64,000 bases of DNA from positions 32,304,001 through 32,368,000 of the forward strand of contig NC_087436.1 of NCBI RefSeq assembly GCF_036321535.1. The letters are read 5' to 3'. This stretch comes from Camelus dromedarius. Lineage: Eukaryota. The position numbers were made by a program, and so were the translations under genes. Positions 27,388-41,847 of the stretch are shown here, in pieces (position 1 is the stretch's first letter; every line of letters starts with the position of its first letter). Below the pieces are notes generated by a model. That model was not told the origin of the DNA. It saw only the letters and a program-made list of their open reading frames with translations, and did no database searches.

Positions 27388-28225
27388 TAGCAGATTTTCA
27401 AAGTGTGCTCCCTAGCATCTTGGACACCCTTTAGGGAGTCTTATGAGGTCAAAACCATTTTCATAATACTTTTAAAGATGTTATATGCCTTTTTCCCTGT
27501 GTTGACATTTACACTAATGGCACAGAGCAATGGTAGACACATCTACTTAGCATATGAATCAAGGCAGTGGCACCAAACCGTACTAGCAATCATGGTACTC
27601 CTCACTGTCACACATTCACAGTTGAAACAGAATTGCAAGCATCACCTGAGAATGTCCTTGATAGAGCAGTAAAAGTTGAACATGCATATTTTTTTTTTAC
27701 TATTCCCTGTGATGAAATAGGAAGTATATAAAAATCATTTCTGCTACATATCAAAGTATGGTGTTTGTCTTAAGGATAAGCTCTGAGACTAGTTGTAATA
27801 GAACTAGCTACTTTTTTCATGGAATCCATTTGTACTTGAAAGAACACCTGAAAACAAACTAGATTTATTCATTGTTAGGTACTTTGGCAGGTATTTTCCC
27901 AAAAATGGAGTGAGACTTTCATGTCAATGGAAACAACTGATGATATTTGTTGCCAGTGATAAAATGCAGGCTATCAAGAAAAAATTAGAAGTTTGAAAAA
28001 CTTGTAACTACCACCATGAGCTCAACAGCTTCTCAGTGCCTAAAGACTATTTCTGATGTGATCAGTAGATTTTAGTGAATGTAATTTTTTGTGTGTGTTG
28101 TATAAGCAAATGTGTCAACATTTGGAATGTCCGCATAACTCAGTGAGCCAAAATTTTTCAAATGACTGAAAATGTTACAAAATCATACATTGGTATGACA
28201 AAGGATAAGAAAGACCATTGACTTC
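27388..28225 (+). mobile_element. Charlie1-like hAT DNA transposon remnant
   Basis: ttttcaaagtgtg...gaggtcaaaaccattttcataata start, as recalled for Charlie1a. Confidence 0.7.
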
Positions 28226-28384
28226 ATTTTTCTGACTTTAAATGTTTTTCCTATTATTACATGTTCCTGAAATAAGAACAACCATATTAATTACTATATA
28301 GCTTCTTGATTCCAAGACAATCATAAGCACTAGTGAAAATATGTTGTTTAGAAAATGATTCAGGGTTATATGGGTTATCTGGAT

Positions 28385-28650
28385 CAGGACTTGGCAAGCT
28401 ATGGCCCATGGGCCAAATCCTGCCTGCCACGTATTTTATAAAACTGCAAGCTAAGAATGGTTTGTACATTTTTAAATGGTTAAAAGTAAAAAAAGAGAAT
28501 ATTTTGTGGTACACAAAAACTATATAAAATTGTGATTTCAGTTCCGCAAATACACTTTACTGGAACACAGCCTGCTCATTTATGTATTGTCTGGCTACTT
28601 TCTCACTACAATGGCAGAGTTGAGTAGTTGTGACAGAGACCATATGTGGT
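28385..28650 (+). mobile_element. MER58-like hAT MITE
   Basis: ttggcaagctatggcccatgggccaaatcc...ggcagagttgagtagttgtgacagagacc. Confidence 0.75.
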
Positions 28651-28684
28651 GCTGTCATCACTATTGCTAAAAGGCAGATAGCAA

Positions 28685-28882
28685 GAGAAGACTAATAGAA
28701 TTCTATAAATGCCTTCCAAACAATGATAAATGTGTTTAATTAAAAGCACTTGCTTTAAATTGCTATCAGTTATTTGGCAGTATCTATCTTCATGAAAAGG
28801 CATTTTCAGAGTTGAAATACGTAAAGTTTCATTGCAGATCAGCATTAACAGATGAATATTTGGAAGAGATTTTGACGATAGA
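28685..28882 (+). mobile_element. hAT transposase C-terminal remnant (Charlie5/MER33-like)
   Basis: Encodes FGSIYLHEKAFSELKYVKFHCRSALTDEYL, resembling the hAT dimerisation domain. Confidence 0.65.
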
Positions 28883-28887
28883 TCTGG

Positions 28888-29470
28888 AGTGTTTTCTGAC
28901 ACCAGCCTCCAATTGTCCAGTTTGCTGATTTTCCTGTACCAACTGGTGTCCAACAATTCAATTCAACTCTGACATTAACTACCCAAAGTTAGTAGAGTCC
29001 TTTAACTTATGAGGTTAGAGTCTGACCTCATAAGTTAAAAGGCTCAGACCTATAAGCTTGCCCTCATTTCAGACATCAGCCACAAAAGGGGTACCCAGGC
29101 CACCCACACTTTTGCCCAGCCCACTACAAGTCAGAGGTTCCCCTCCTTAGATTTGATAATTTGCTGGACTGGCTCACAGAACTCAGGGAAGCACTTTTAT
29201 TTACATTTACCAGTTTACTGTAAAGGATACAAATCAGGAACAGCCAGGTGAAAGAGATGCACAGGGCAAAGTTTGGGGGAGGAGGGACTCAGTGCTTCCA
29301 CACCCTCTCCCAGCATGTCACCCTCCCTCCCAGCACCTTGATGTGTTTGCCAACCCAGATGCTCTCTGTATCCCACTGTTTAGGGTCTTTTTCTGGAGGT
29401 TTCATCACTTAGCTATGATTGATTAAATCATTGGCCATTGGTGATTAATTCAGCCTCCAGCCCTTTCTCC
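28888..29470. mobile_element. MER21-like ERV LTR, truncated
   Basis: ggtgtccaacaattcaattcaactctgacattaactacc...ttgattaaatcattggccattggtgatt. Confidence 0.7.
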
Positions 29471-29471
29471 T

Positions 29472-30966
29472 GTTGTGCTGACCATACAATAAAAGCCAAA
29501 ACAGTGTACATGCCGCCAAAGTAACCTGTAGGACCACCATGTATATCAGCTACAATATGGGGGTCTATGATGACTCTGCAGAGCTGGCTCTCAACCTGCT
29601 CACAGGTTTCGAGAGAGAGAAAGGGGGATGTGAGGCGAGGGTATGTGTACATGAGTACATGTAAAAACAGAACCACTGATGTTAATGAACATGGGGTGAC
29701 AGAGAGAGGCTCTTCTCCAGGTATTTGACCCTAGAGGTCAGATAAGGACTCAAGCAGGGGAACAAGGGGCCAGACCTAACAGAAAAGGCAGCTGTTCCAA
29801 AGCTTGCCCCCTTTTCCTGAAGGATCTCTCAGGGTAACAAGCAAAGGTATGACCAGGCCACTAATCTGGCCCCAGGTCATCTACAGGAAGGTAAAATGTG
29901 CACCTGCACTGGGGCAACACTGCCACCTGGAGCCTTGTTTGTCCCTCCTTGCTTTGCCACTGAACCCTCTCTGTCACAGGAGCTGGAAATGCCTGTGATT
30001 TCTAGCCAGGAAATTGGAGGCCTATCCCCAAACCAACAACACTCCTGCAGCCAGAACTCACCCTTCAGAGGAAACGTCTCAGTTGCTGCCTAAGAAGCCT
30101 GACTCTAGAGGGCTTCTTTCCTATCAGTCCCCCTTTGCTAGAAAAGTGTCAAAACTGAGTTGCGTGGGATATAAATTACAGGGGGACTGAGCTTCGGTGG
30201 CCCTGCTTACCGAGAGGAATTGGAGTTGGAGCAGCTCCTGTGGTGTGGCCAGGGAAGAGGGGTCTCCGGTGCACAGAGACTTGAGCCTTGGGGAGTGTGA
30301 CCTGTGCCACCTGGGAGTCAGTGGCAGCATTCTCCCAGGAGGGCTAAATCGCCTGGGGGGTGGCGTAGGCACAGCGGTGGCTGTGATCCCCTGGCCATCA
30401 ATTTATGCTGCATTCATGTGCTTCTGGGTCTCCTCCGCTTCAACTGGATTCTCAGACTCTATGTATGTGTGGACTTCAGATAGATCGGAATGCTTCCTTT
30501 CTACAAGCATGTTAATTATTTTAATTTTCCCACAGGTGGAGAATATCTTCTTGACAGAATCCTTGGTCACATTCCCGGTGAGCATCCCAGTGTGCACTTT
30601 GGTGGGTTTAGGGAAAGGTCTCCGCCTTTTCCTTCCTTTTTCATCTCTGGGTGGTTTGGGTTGGGAGCAGGAATACTGCCTGTTGTCATGTCTGTGCTGA
30701 GGAGGACTTGAGCGGCAGAGGAGCTGCTGGAGTCAGAGGTGCGAGACATGCTGGAACTTTCCTAGCACTTGACATGGAGGAGGAGCTGGAGCTGGTGCTG
30801 GTGCTAGAGCCAGAGCCGGGGCTGGAGGTGGACCTAGACCAAGACCTGGTACTGCTGCTACTCTTGGAAATGCTGTGCCTCTTTTGAGATTTATCCTTGT
30901 CATAATGCTTCTTACTTTACTCCTTGTTGGATTCTTTATCTTTAGAGCAATCCTTGGACATCTCAC
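29472..30966 (-). pseudogene. RNPS1: RNPS1 processed pseudogene (5'-truncated; Ser-rich region, RRM, RS/P domain, stop at 30209-30207, then probable 3'UTR)
   Basis: Intronless. Translates to KPTKVHTGMLTGNVTKD...IFSTCGKIK...YIESENPVEAE..KHM and PPPRRFSPP, matching recalled RNPS1. Has premature stops (e.g. TAA at 30405-30403) and frameshifts. Confidence 0.92.
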
Positions 30967-31424
30967 TTCTAACTGGAGTTTGGAAGACTTTCCCTGAAAG
31001 ATCGCAATTTACACCAATTCTGCAACTTGCTTTTCTTTCTTAATTTTAAAATATAGAGTGCTTTGTCATGGTTTTCGGGACACTTTTGAAGTGAGTACAT
31101 TAATTTATTTCTGTTTCATGTATTTTCCAGTACATCTGAGTTTCACCTGCCATAAGAAGGCAGGTGGCAGAAATCAGGGCGGATAAGCTAAATTGTGGAA
31201 AAGGGCTTTGCCACTTTTTTATAGGAGTAATTGTCAGAATTACAGACTTTATGCTAAAACAATAAACACTTAAAGATGTGCTGTATCTGTAACATTCAAA
31301 GCATCAATTTATCACAAGGTTTGTTCACCATGGAAATATTTAGGTATTTTAGCCTAAATTATCCCACTCCTAGAAATTTATCGCAAGCCATTAATCTCAA
31401 AGAAAAGGAAAAAATAACAGCATT

Positions 31425-31801
31425 TAAAAATTATTTTTATAATTTTTAAAGGTTACTTTCCATTTACAGTTATTACAAAATATTGGCTATATTTCTGGTG
31501 TTGTACAATAAATTCTTGAGCCTGTCTTAAACCTAATAGTTTGTACCTCACACTCCCTCACCCCCTAAGTTGCCCCTCCACCCCCCAATTGGTAACCACG
31601 AGTTTGTTTTCTATATCTGCGAGTCTGCTTCTTTTTTTGTTATATTCACTAGTTTGTTGTACTTTTTAGATTCCATGTATAAGTGGTATCATACAGTATA
31701 TGTCTTTGTCTGACTTATTTCACTTAGCGTAATGGCCTTTAAGTCCATCCATGTTGCTGCAAATGGCAAAACGTTCTTTTTTTATGGCTGAGTAGTATTT
31801 C

Positions 31802-31853
<52 letters not shown>

Positions 31854-32072
31854 CCACATCTTTTTTTATCCATTTGTCTGTTGATGGACATTTTGGTTGT
31901 TTCTATGTCCTGTTGTAAACAGTGCTGCATTGGGGTGCATGTAACTTTTTGCATTATAATTTTCTCTGGATCTATGCCCAGGAGTGGGATCGCTGGATCA
32001 TATGGCAACTCTATTTTTAGTTTCTTAAGGAACCTTCATACCATTTTCCATAGTGGGTGCATGAATTTACAT
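31425..32072 (-). mobile_element. L1 3' fragment with internal (TG)n
   Basis: [12 protein letters not shown]1 ORF2 motif on minus. Confidence 0.9.
31805..31850. repeat. (TG)n microsatellite inside L1
   Basis: Direct reading. Confidence 0.95.
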
Positions 32073-32117
32073 AGAATAATACCCCTTGAACATAACAAGT
32101 AATTTTTTAAAGAGACT

Positions 32118-32123
32118 TTTATT
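32118..32123 (-). terminator. Candidate distal ABHD18 polyadenylation signal AATAAA
   Basis: AATAAA on minus with downstream TTGTTATGTT, at the end of unique AT-rich sequence. Confidence 0.4.
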
Positions 32124-33237
32124 ATGAAATATAAAATATTGTGAAATGATTTTAAAAATTCAGTTACAGAGTTAATAATTCAATCATCTTTACAAGAGAA
32201 AGCACCACATTGAAAAATTACATTCATAAGAAATAATGTAAAATGCATATGCTAAAATGATTTAATAGTAGTCACAACGTTATCAAATCATGAAATTCAG
32301 AAACTTTTTAAAGCACAAATCTAAATTGGGGTTTCAAGCTCAGATGTCTTCAAGACTAGTGGGAAACATAAAATAGTCTGATATAAGAGGGAGTCTGGTA
32401 GCCCATGTCATACTGAGGAAGGCATGCCCAATCTAAAGACTGTTCAAATTCAAAAATTTTTTAAATATTATGCACATCAAATAAAACAACTGTGGGCCAA
32501 GCTGTTCTGAGTTTACTGCCCATTTGCAACTCTGCCCCAAATGAATTTCTAGCAATTCATGTACCCAATCTTTAAAATGGCAGACAGCACTTCTTTAGGT
32601 AGTTGTGTGGATATGTTCTTAAAACATCTGGTTAAAAGAAGAAATTGTAAAAATACCTTCTTTCACATTTACTTGGGAGAAATTAGTTATGCCCAAGAGT
32701 GAATTAAACTGAAATGAAATTTCATTCATTAACCAATAGAAAACCACATACCCTAGTACATTATTGCTTAATAGGAAATATTTATGTAAAAAATAAAGTA
32801 CTGGTTTTACTAAAGCCATTGTTCAGAAACATTCAATCACTTCACTAAATACATCAGTTAACAAGTTTTGCTTTAACTTTTTAAAGGGTATTTTGTTGAA
32901 GAACTTTAGTAGATTTCATACTTTAAGTGAAAAGTAAAAGTTCTAATCTGAACATGTAAAATTGCTAAAGCTCAAATGGCTGTAACCATGTTTGTTTATT
33001 ATGCCAACGCAGTTTCACAGAATTTACAACTTTGTATGCCATCAGTGACTTCACATTAATCATTTTAAAATAGTTTTTAAAAATTAAGGTAATGGAGGCA
33101 TTAGAGGGACAAATAAAATCTCCTTTAAAAAGGCTACAAAGGCACCTTATAATTCAAATATCCTTACTGGACTAGGAATATATATTTTAAAATAACTCAT
33201 AGACAACACATATTCAAACAAATAAAATTCAGATACA

Positions 33238-33243
33238 TTTATT
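33238..33243 (-). terminator. Candidate ABHD18 polyadenylation signal AATAAA
   Basis: AATAAA on minus, followed by a GU-rich tract (TTTGTTTGAATATGTGTTGTC). Confidence 0.55.
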
Positions 33244-34271
33244 CCAAACCTAAAATAGTTTCTACTTTTTAAAAACATTTTAGCTCTTGGCTTGAGAAGT
33301 TTAACATGAAAAGAAAGCACCAAATGTAGCCAAATCTTCCATTTAAAAAAGTTACTAGTTATTGTATGTTTTCTGTAAAATAAAGTTTATATGGGGCAAG
33401 TCAATTTCATTCGTGGCCATTAATTTCTAAAATTAAAAAGCCAAAGCTGTTAAGTACTTGGCTTAAAGTTAGATGTTTAGCAAACTCAGAGTATGTATAC
33501 AAGAAAATGTTAGAAGACAGTTTTTTGGCAGTTAATGCAATAGGTCTTTCATTATTTCCATTTATCATGAATTGAACTTTTCAAGTAGGGGATGTATGTT
33601 TGGCATTTTTTTCTAACTTAATATTTCACAAAGTTGTAAAGTTTAGCCAAGTCTTATGACCTGCATTCTCATATTCAATTTTAATTATTAAAAGCACTTA
33701 AGTACAAAGCATCAGGATTTTTTAGAATTCAAAGTTAGCACTGATTTTACACAGCGTAAGTATCCATGGCAGAAAATTAAAATTGAATATAAGATTATAA
33801 ATTTATGATGGATCTAGAAAAGAAGTGAACATGGTTCTCAAATCCAGTCAATAATAGAAATATCATGTCATGGTGTACAATACAGGCTGATGTATTACAA
33901 ATTTAGCTTGATTTAGCAGTTCTTTAAAAACCAATAGGGTTTATATGAATACATTTATTTTAAATTAATAAATTATTCATAATTTAAAATGTACAGTTTT
34001 CATAAATAGTAACAACAGACTAGACATGGAGTATATGGGATTTCCACAACCAGTAACAAAATAGTTCAAGATTATGTTATCCAAATACTGGTTTAAAATT
34101 ATTCAAATGTATTTAAAAATTATAGCTGACTGATCTGTAACACTGAATTCCACACTAAATTGATAGCAATTAGATAATATAGTGCTGTCTGCTTGTTCTT
34201 CACATCATCAAGGGATGAAACTCCTTTTGTAAGAAACATGATGGTTGCACTCATTACATACAGTGATCCAA

Positions 34272-34323
34272 TTAGTTAGCATATTTATGGAGGAAACGTT
34301 CAAACGCATCATAGATGGCTCGC
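34272..34323 (-). CDS. ABHD18: ABHD18 last coding exon (RAIYDAFERFLHKYAN*)
   Basis: tttag| acceptor, TAA at 34274-34272. Exon lengths sum to 1395 nt. Confidence 0.96.
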
Positions 34324-35239
34324 CTAAAATTAAATATGAAAGAAAAACTACAAATAATTAGCAAAAAAGGGGGACAGACAGTGCTTTTACTATAAGTTAT
34401 TTCCAAATGACCTCTGGCTTGCAGTGTGACCTCTCCAAATAGCTGTGAAAGAGGCAGGTACTTCAGGGTGGGTGTTTGGATCCATGCAACTTCACCACTA
34501 AGAAAAATTTCAAATCTATTTCCAACTGATGACGAGTTCATAAATACCATCCTTTTCTGTGAAGCACTTTTTTGTGCCTTAAAATTTATATAATATATAT
34601 GTATACATTTATGTATGAAATATGAAATGATAAAATGAAAAAGGTACCTGTTTCTTTAATTTTGTTATTTGTTGAAAACTAACTAGCTTTATGACTTTTC
34701 AAGATACAATATTCAGTCTGCTTCATAGATTATGATATAGCAACTGAACTTAAAAGCCATAGTTTCCTACATTAACTTCACTAGATACTTTAATTCATCT
34801 GGCCTCGGTCCACAAGATATTATTTTTAAGGCTTATTTTGTTTTTGTTTCTCCTATTGTCAAATACATTTTCATTGTAGAATATTCAGAAAATCCAAAAA
34901 TATAAAGTATCTGGGGTTAATCTTTTCTTCCAGGCTTTTTTCTTTTTTTTTTAATGCTTATGTCTGTATTTTCATCCAGTTTAAATAATAACCATGAGAT
35001 CATATTAATTCTGTATTGCATTTGTTTGACTAGGCATTTCCCCACATCCTTAAAAAGATATTATCTTTAAAACTGGTGCCTGCTAATAGATTGTGATTTC
35101 CAATTTGTTGGGAGGACAAAGCTTTCTATCACGCTTATACTTATTTGACTCAAAAATTTGTAAAATGAGGCCTAAGGTTGCAATCTGGTACATGTGTACA
35201 TGGTACAGGGTTAGTAAAGGTATATATATGCCTTTTAAT

Positions 35240-35342
35240 CTGTTTATTTATTTTAATTTAAAAAAGTTTAATGAAGAAGGTACTGAGGATTGAACCCAGG
35301 ACCTCGTGCATGCTAAGCACATGCTCTACCCTCCCCCCCGCC
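35240..35342 (-). mobile_element. tRNA-derived SINE (Vic-1-like)
   Basis: ggtactgaggattgaacccaggacctcgtgcatgctaagc core, flanked by duplicated tatatgcctttt. Confidence 0.85.
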
Positions 35343-36871
35343 TTATATGCCTTTTTAATTATTTGAATAGTCTCTTACTCAACTTGTATTATCAATCCAA
35401 AATAACTTACCACAAAATATTAGAGCACATAAAGGAGTGGCTTGTTTTACTTTTACATCTGGTGAGTGAGAAGACTGAATTTATAAAATTTTACTATTCC
35501 ACTGCCACCTAAACTCTGTTAGGTTTTGAAGTGACTGGAGGGGAGTAGGAGAGGCCAGATAGCATATAGTGACTCCAACTGAGCAAGTTATTCAATCTTT
35601 TTGTTCCCTGTGTTTCTGTGATGATATTAAAAATAACATATGAAGCAATTGCCCTAGTACTTGGCACACATTAATAGCTAACATTTATCTCTTCCTCAGA
35701 TGAAGCCTTCAAATGAGCACTTACGAGTTTTTATAGCTGCCTTTGATGACATCTATTCTTCCTAACGCCTCTCAGCCACATGCCCATGTAGATACATAAA
35801 AGAATAAAGGAAATTTGATAACAATTTACTAAAGTAAGCATGTGGGCTCTCTGCATTCACATGTATAACAGAACTTTAGACTCTTGAGCAACCCAAGCAA
35901 CCCTAAGTACTCACAATTTTTGTTTGTTTTTTTGTTTTAGTTTTGCTGTGCCAGAGGGTCACTTGCGTATTGGGTAAGCAGTCTGCTCACTCACCAACTA
36001 ATGGGAACTCATATGCTAAATGAGTATTTTTTAAAAGATCATACTGTAAAAAGACATTACAGACTTGAAGCACTAGCCTGTACCTCAAAAAGGTGACATC
36101 TATAAACTGAACTCGTAAGCAACAACATACAAAGAATTATTTCTTAGATAAAAAGAGCTAAAACATGTCAAACATGCAGCACACAATTCTTCTATTTATG
36201 GCTATCCAGCTGGCAGTTCTGGAACACTTATGCACAGGGCTCTGATCTCTGTACTTTATGTGAACTAATTTATTTAACCATTAATGATAAATCCTCCAGT
36301 GATACTTGTTACCATCAAATTTGAATAGAAGTAGAAATAAAATAGGATATCAAAAAACTAGAATAAAAGCATAAAAGTTTTTATAAGTTCTAACATGTTG
36401 GAGTCATATAAGGTCATTAACAATAAAATAACAGTATTTCACTTTTCACTTAAGGTTCAGTATTCACTTAGCTACTGAAAAACTGCTAGATTATTCCACA
36501 GATGTTCAGGTCACTCTGAGAGAAAACCATCAGAGTGGAGTGAAAAAATCATGATGAACCAAAGCCAGTTTTATAAACCCTGGTGTTCCTCCCTACACTG
36601 TAAAATACCTGGCTATTAATATTTGAAGAGGGTAAAAAACACACAATAAAGCATGCCTGTCACATGCTATTTCTCAGTTCTCTAGAATAAAAAAGAAAAT
36701 AAAAGGATGAGATAGGAAACATTATCACAATGTGAGAACTTGAGAGAGGCAGGGAGGAAATAAGAGGACTAAAACATATAATAAAAATACCCAATCTTTT
36801 ATATTTGTTGAGCCAAAAGAATCCCCAAAACAAACACAAATAAGTAGATACCTGTTAGAACAATCATCTTA

Positions 36872-37084
<213 letters not shown>

Positions 37085-37449
37085 TCAGAATTTTATATAA
37101 ATACTAGTAATCATATTAAAAAAATACACCATACAATGCAGTAAGTAAAACATTTGCCAAACTAAAACTTTTGATTAAGTTGAAAATCAACTATATTATA
37201 CCATAACATTATAATATTCATCTCTAATACAATGAGATAAATATTCTAAAGAAGATACAAACTCAATGTTTTTAGTGGATAAAATGGTCTTAAGAGTTTC
37301 ATGGATAAAATTTAAATATGACACATTTAAATAACCAACTTATCTTAGAAAACACATTGTAGAACCAACAATAAATATACTCATTAAAATATGAAATTAT
37401 CTTGTAAAGCATCCTTAAAATATTTCACATATTATGAGCATGATTTTCA

Positions 37450-37902
<453 letters not shown>

Positions 37903-37959
37903 TTAATATAAAATAGGATTTTATTTAACAACCTTGTTAAAACAAAGAGAAAACACAAA

Positions 37960-38403
37960 TGACCATCAATGAAAAATGGATAAACAACATGTGGCATATA
38001 CATACAATAATTATTACTCAGTCTTAAAAGGGAATGAAATTTTGACACATTCTACAACGTGGATGAAGTTTGAAGACATTATGCTAAATGAATAAGCCAG
38101 ACACAAACGGACAATATTGTATGATTCTACAGATTTATAAGATATCTACAGTAGTCAAATTAATGGTGACAGAAAGTAGAATGGTGGTTGCCAGGGGCTG
38201 GGGAGAGGGGGAATAGAGAGTTTTGTTTAATGGGTACAGTTTCACTTTAGAAAGATGAAAAAGTTCTGGAGATGGATGGTGGTAATGTATGGAGGTGATG
38301 GCTACACAACAATGTAAATGTACTTAATACTACTGAGTTGTACGCTTAAAAATAGTTAAGATGGTAAATTCTATTTTATATATATTTTACCACAATTAAA
38401 AAG
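37960..38403 (+). mobile_element. L1M-type 3' end
   Basis: Typical L1MA/MB 3'UTR (gaatggtggttgccaggggctgggg...aaaagttctggagatggatggtgg). Confidence 0.85.
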
Positions 38404-40895
38404 AGATGTCAAAATTTAACTGAGGACTAAGATACATAATTTATACTTTATTGCTAAATGTTTCCTACAAAACAGTAAAAACTATCACTTAGCCTGCATC
38501 ATGTTTTTACTGCCAAAGTATTGAAATCCATAATTCCCCTTAACATTAGAACTTCCCAAAGTCTCATGAGTGCATCCTGGAAGTAATATATGAGCCACCC
38601 TAAATCATTTTCTCAGGCTGAACTAAGAAGAATTAAAAATTATCAAGGAAAAAACATTAACTGTTAAAAATCTCGAAAGTATGTACTAAGTTTAAGGACT
38701 TATAAATACAACATAATTTAAGTAAAAATAAACTTTGCCAGATACTAAAAGCAAAATCAAAATAAAAGAATGACAGCCTGGGAGAATATATTTGCAACTT
38801 ACAAGACAAAGAGCTAACTGCTTTAATTTATTAAGAGCTAGAAGTGAATAAAAGGCCCAAAACCACAATAGAAAAAATGACCAAAGGATATGCATAAAAG
38901 TCACAGGAAATGAAATACAAATTGCCCTTAGACTAATAAACATGTTCAATTTCAGTTAAATTAAAAAAATAAATTTAAAAAAGTAAATTAAATAAAACTT
39001 TCACTATTTGGTTGACTGAAAAACCACGGAAGTCTGATAACACTGAAACAGACACACATGTTCCTGCTGTAAATTCACACAACTAGAATTAGACAAAATC
39101 TAACATTACAACTGCATATATCCTTCTGCTCAGCAACATTTCAGGAATTTACACTTGTGAAATGATGTATATACAAAGCTACTCATTGCAGCACTGATAA
39201 TAGTGGAAGATGAAAAACAACATAAATGCCCATCAACATGATACTGGTTAATAAATCATGGTACATCCATCCATAAAATAGGCTGTTATGCAGCAGTGAA
39301 AAAGAAAAAGGAAACATCTGTGTACAGACCATTAAAAAAGGGAAGAGAAAAAAATTAGTATTTCTGTTCGTTTGAAAAATTCCTTGAAATGGTAAATAAT
39401 ATAGTGGGTTATTTGTTGAGACAAATTGGGAATAGGTAGGAATTGTTTCACTATATATCTTTTTATACTTTTTGATGCTTGAGCTATATGACAAAACAAC
39501 CTATTTACAAAATTAAGAATGAAAAATTGGTTGAAAGCAAGGGAAAAAAAAAAACTTGTTAACAGAACAAATCACTAAACCCATTCAGATCACAGGAACA
39601 TAAAAAGGAAGGAAAGGAAGTTTAGTACTATCAGGAAATGTAAGCTCAAAGCATCCTAGAATTACTCAGAGTGGTTCCCCAACAAACTTAACTTTTTTGA
39701 TTGGGAAAACACAATTTTTAAAACAAAAAAAGAAAGAAGCCATCTTGACATTTCTTGAATATTCATTACTCTGAACTAGTTCTAATTGAGACAAATGGAC
39801 TCTTGGATACAACCACCAAGAGTGAGGCACAGAGAAAAAGTGCTGGATAAGAATACACTGCCATTTCAGACAACCAAAATTTATGAACCTCTCTTAAGAA
39901 AATGCATGCTAAGTTTTCAAAGTCCTAGTAGATAGTAGAAAAATTCCTTTTCTTTTTGAGATTTCTTGAGATTCTCGGTAACTTTCAAACTGAATGTGCA
40001 AAGTTTTAAAATTCATAGAAAAAAATTTATGGAAACAATTGGTCACCTTAGGGAACTATTCATTATCCTGAAAACTGGTAAATTAAGGGAAGGAATTAAG
40101 CATTTATCCTACTTTTCTTATATGAACTTAACTATGATATAATCAATTAATAGGTAAGGAAAGTGCCTTTTAATAAAAGTATTCAAATTAATAAATGAAA
40201 AAGAAATGACATAGAGTATCAGCATTTTGCAACCCTCAATGAATTAACAGACATAAGCATTAAGCATCAATGGCTGCTTACACCACTAAAAAAGAGAATC
40301 CACATTATGTGCTTCCTACACTCTTACCAAAGAAATAAAAACTGAGTTTAATCAAGCCTCTAGAACTAGTTGCCAATTTACAGGCAATATAGAGTGTGGA
40401 GGAACGCGCTAAAACTGTACCATGAGAATGCAAACAGAAAAATCTAGACTGTGAGAAGCTCTACAGGTAAACAGCCCAAGTTCTTCAACACATAAATTAT
40501 AAGGAAAAGAAAGAAATGAAAGGCAATTTATAGATTAAAAGATACTTAAGAGATACATCAAATTTAAAAAATAGTGTCTAGGGATGCACATTTGGACAAT
40601 AAAATTATTTTCAAGACAAAGGTAGTAATTACTGTAAAAATCAGGATAATAAATATTAGGAGGAGGAGGACCTTTTGATTTGGACACATGAAACTGGTTT
40701 CTGGGTTGGGTGGTTAAGTTCTGAGCTGGGTGGTCAATTTCTACTCTTCACAATTACAAATATGTTTGACATTTAATAAATGTAGTAAGCTATACATTTG
40801 CTTTACATGATTTTCTGTATCCATATTTTATTTTAAAATGAAGAATTTTAGAAGAAAAAATAATACTCCTTTTAAAAAATTTGCAATTCTTTTCA

Positions 40896-41078
<183 letters not shown>

Positions 41079-41132
41079 TTAAGATCAAATCATACCATAA
41101 AGCAATTTGTCCAATAATTTGATTATTATTAT

Positions 41133-41672
41133 TGTGTAGAAAAGAATTAACAAAGTAGGTTTGAGATTTCATATCTTTAGAAAGGTCTGCTTGTATGGTT
41201 GGCCCTTAACTAGAGTCTGGGAATTTGACTAGTGAACAGTTCTGATACAAAATTCCAAAAATTATCAAGTGGGTTACTGTGCCTAAACTCCTCATACAAA
41301 CAATGTAGTTTCTTCTGAACACCTGATTTCCTTCTAGAATTCTGGTACATGCTAGGCAGAGGGTGCCTAAGTGACTGACCCCTGATAAAAACCCTAGACT
41401 CCTAGGCTCAAGTGCACTTCACTGATGGACATTTTACATGTATCGTTACAACTCATTGCTGGAGGAATTAAACATTTTGAGAGACTCCATTGGAAGCTTA
41501 TGCCTGGTGTCCTCTGGACTTTGCCTGTGTGCCTTTTCCCTTGGCTGATTTTGTAGTTTATCTTTTTGCTGCAAATCAAGTTTTAGTAGTGAGTATGACT
41601 ATAAACTAAGTCCTGTGATTCCTTCCAGTGAATCACCAAACCTGGGGGTGGTTTGGGAACCCCTCCTCAAAC
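41133..41672 (+). mobile_element. ERVL-type solo LTR (MER68/MER21 group) in an ABHD18 intron
   Basis: tgtgtagaaaagaattaac...gtgaatcaccaaacctgggggtggt. Confidence 0.7.
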
Positions 41673-41718
41673 GCTTACCTTTAATTATATATAGCTATCT
41701 AAATATTAATTGCAATTA

Positions 41719-41847
<129 letters not shown>

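Noticed and set aside
30197..30700. 167-aa plus-strand ORF
   Set aside because: Antisense of the RNPS1 pseudogene.
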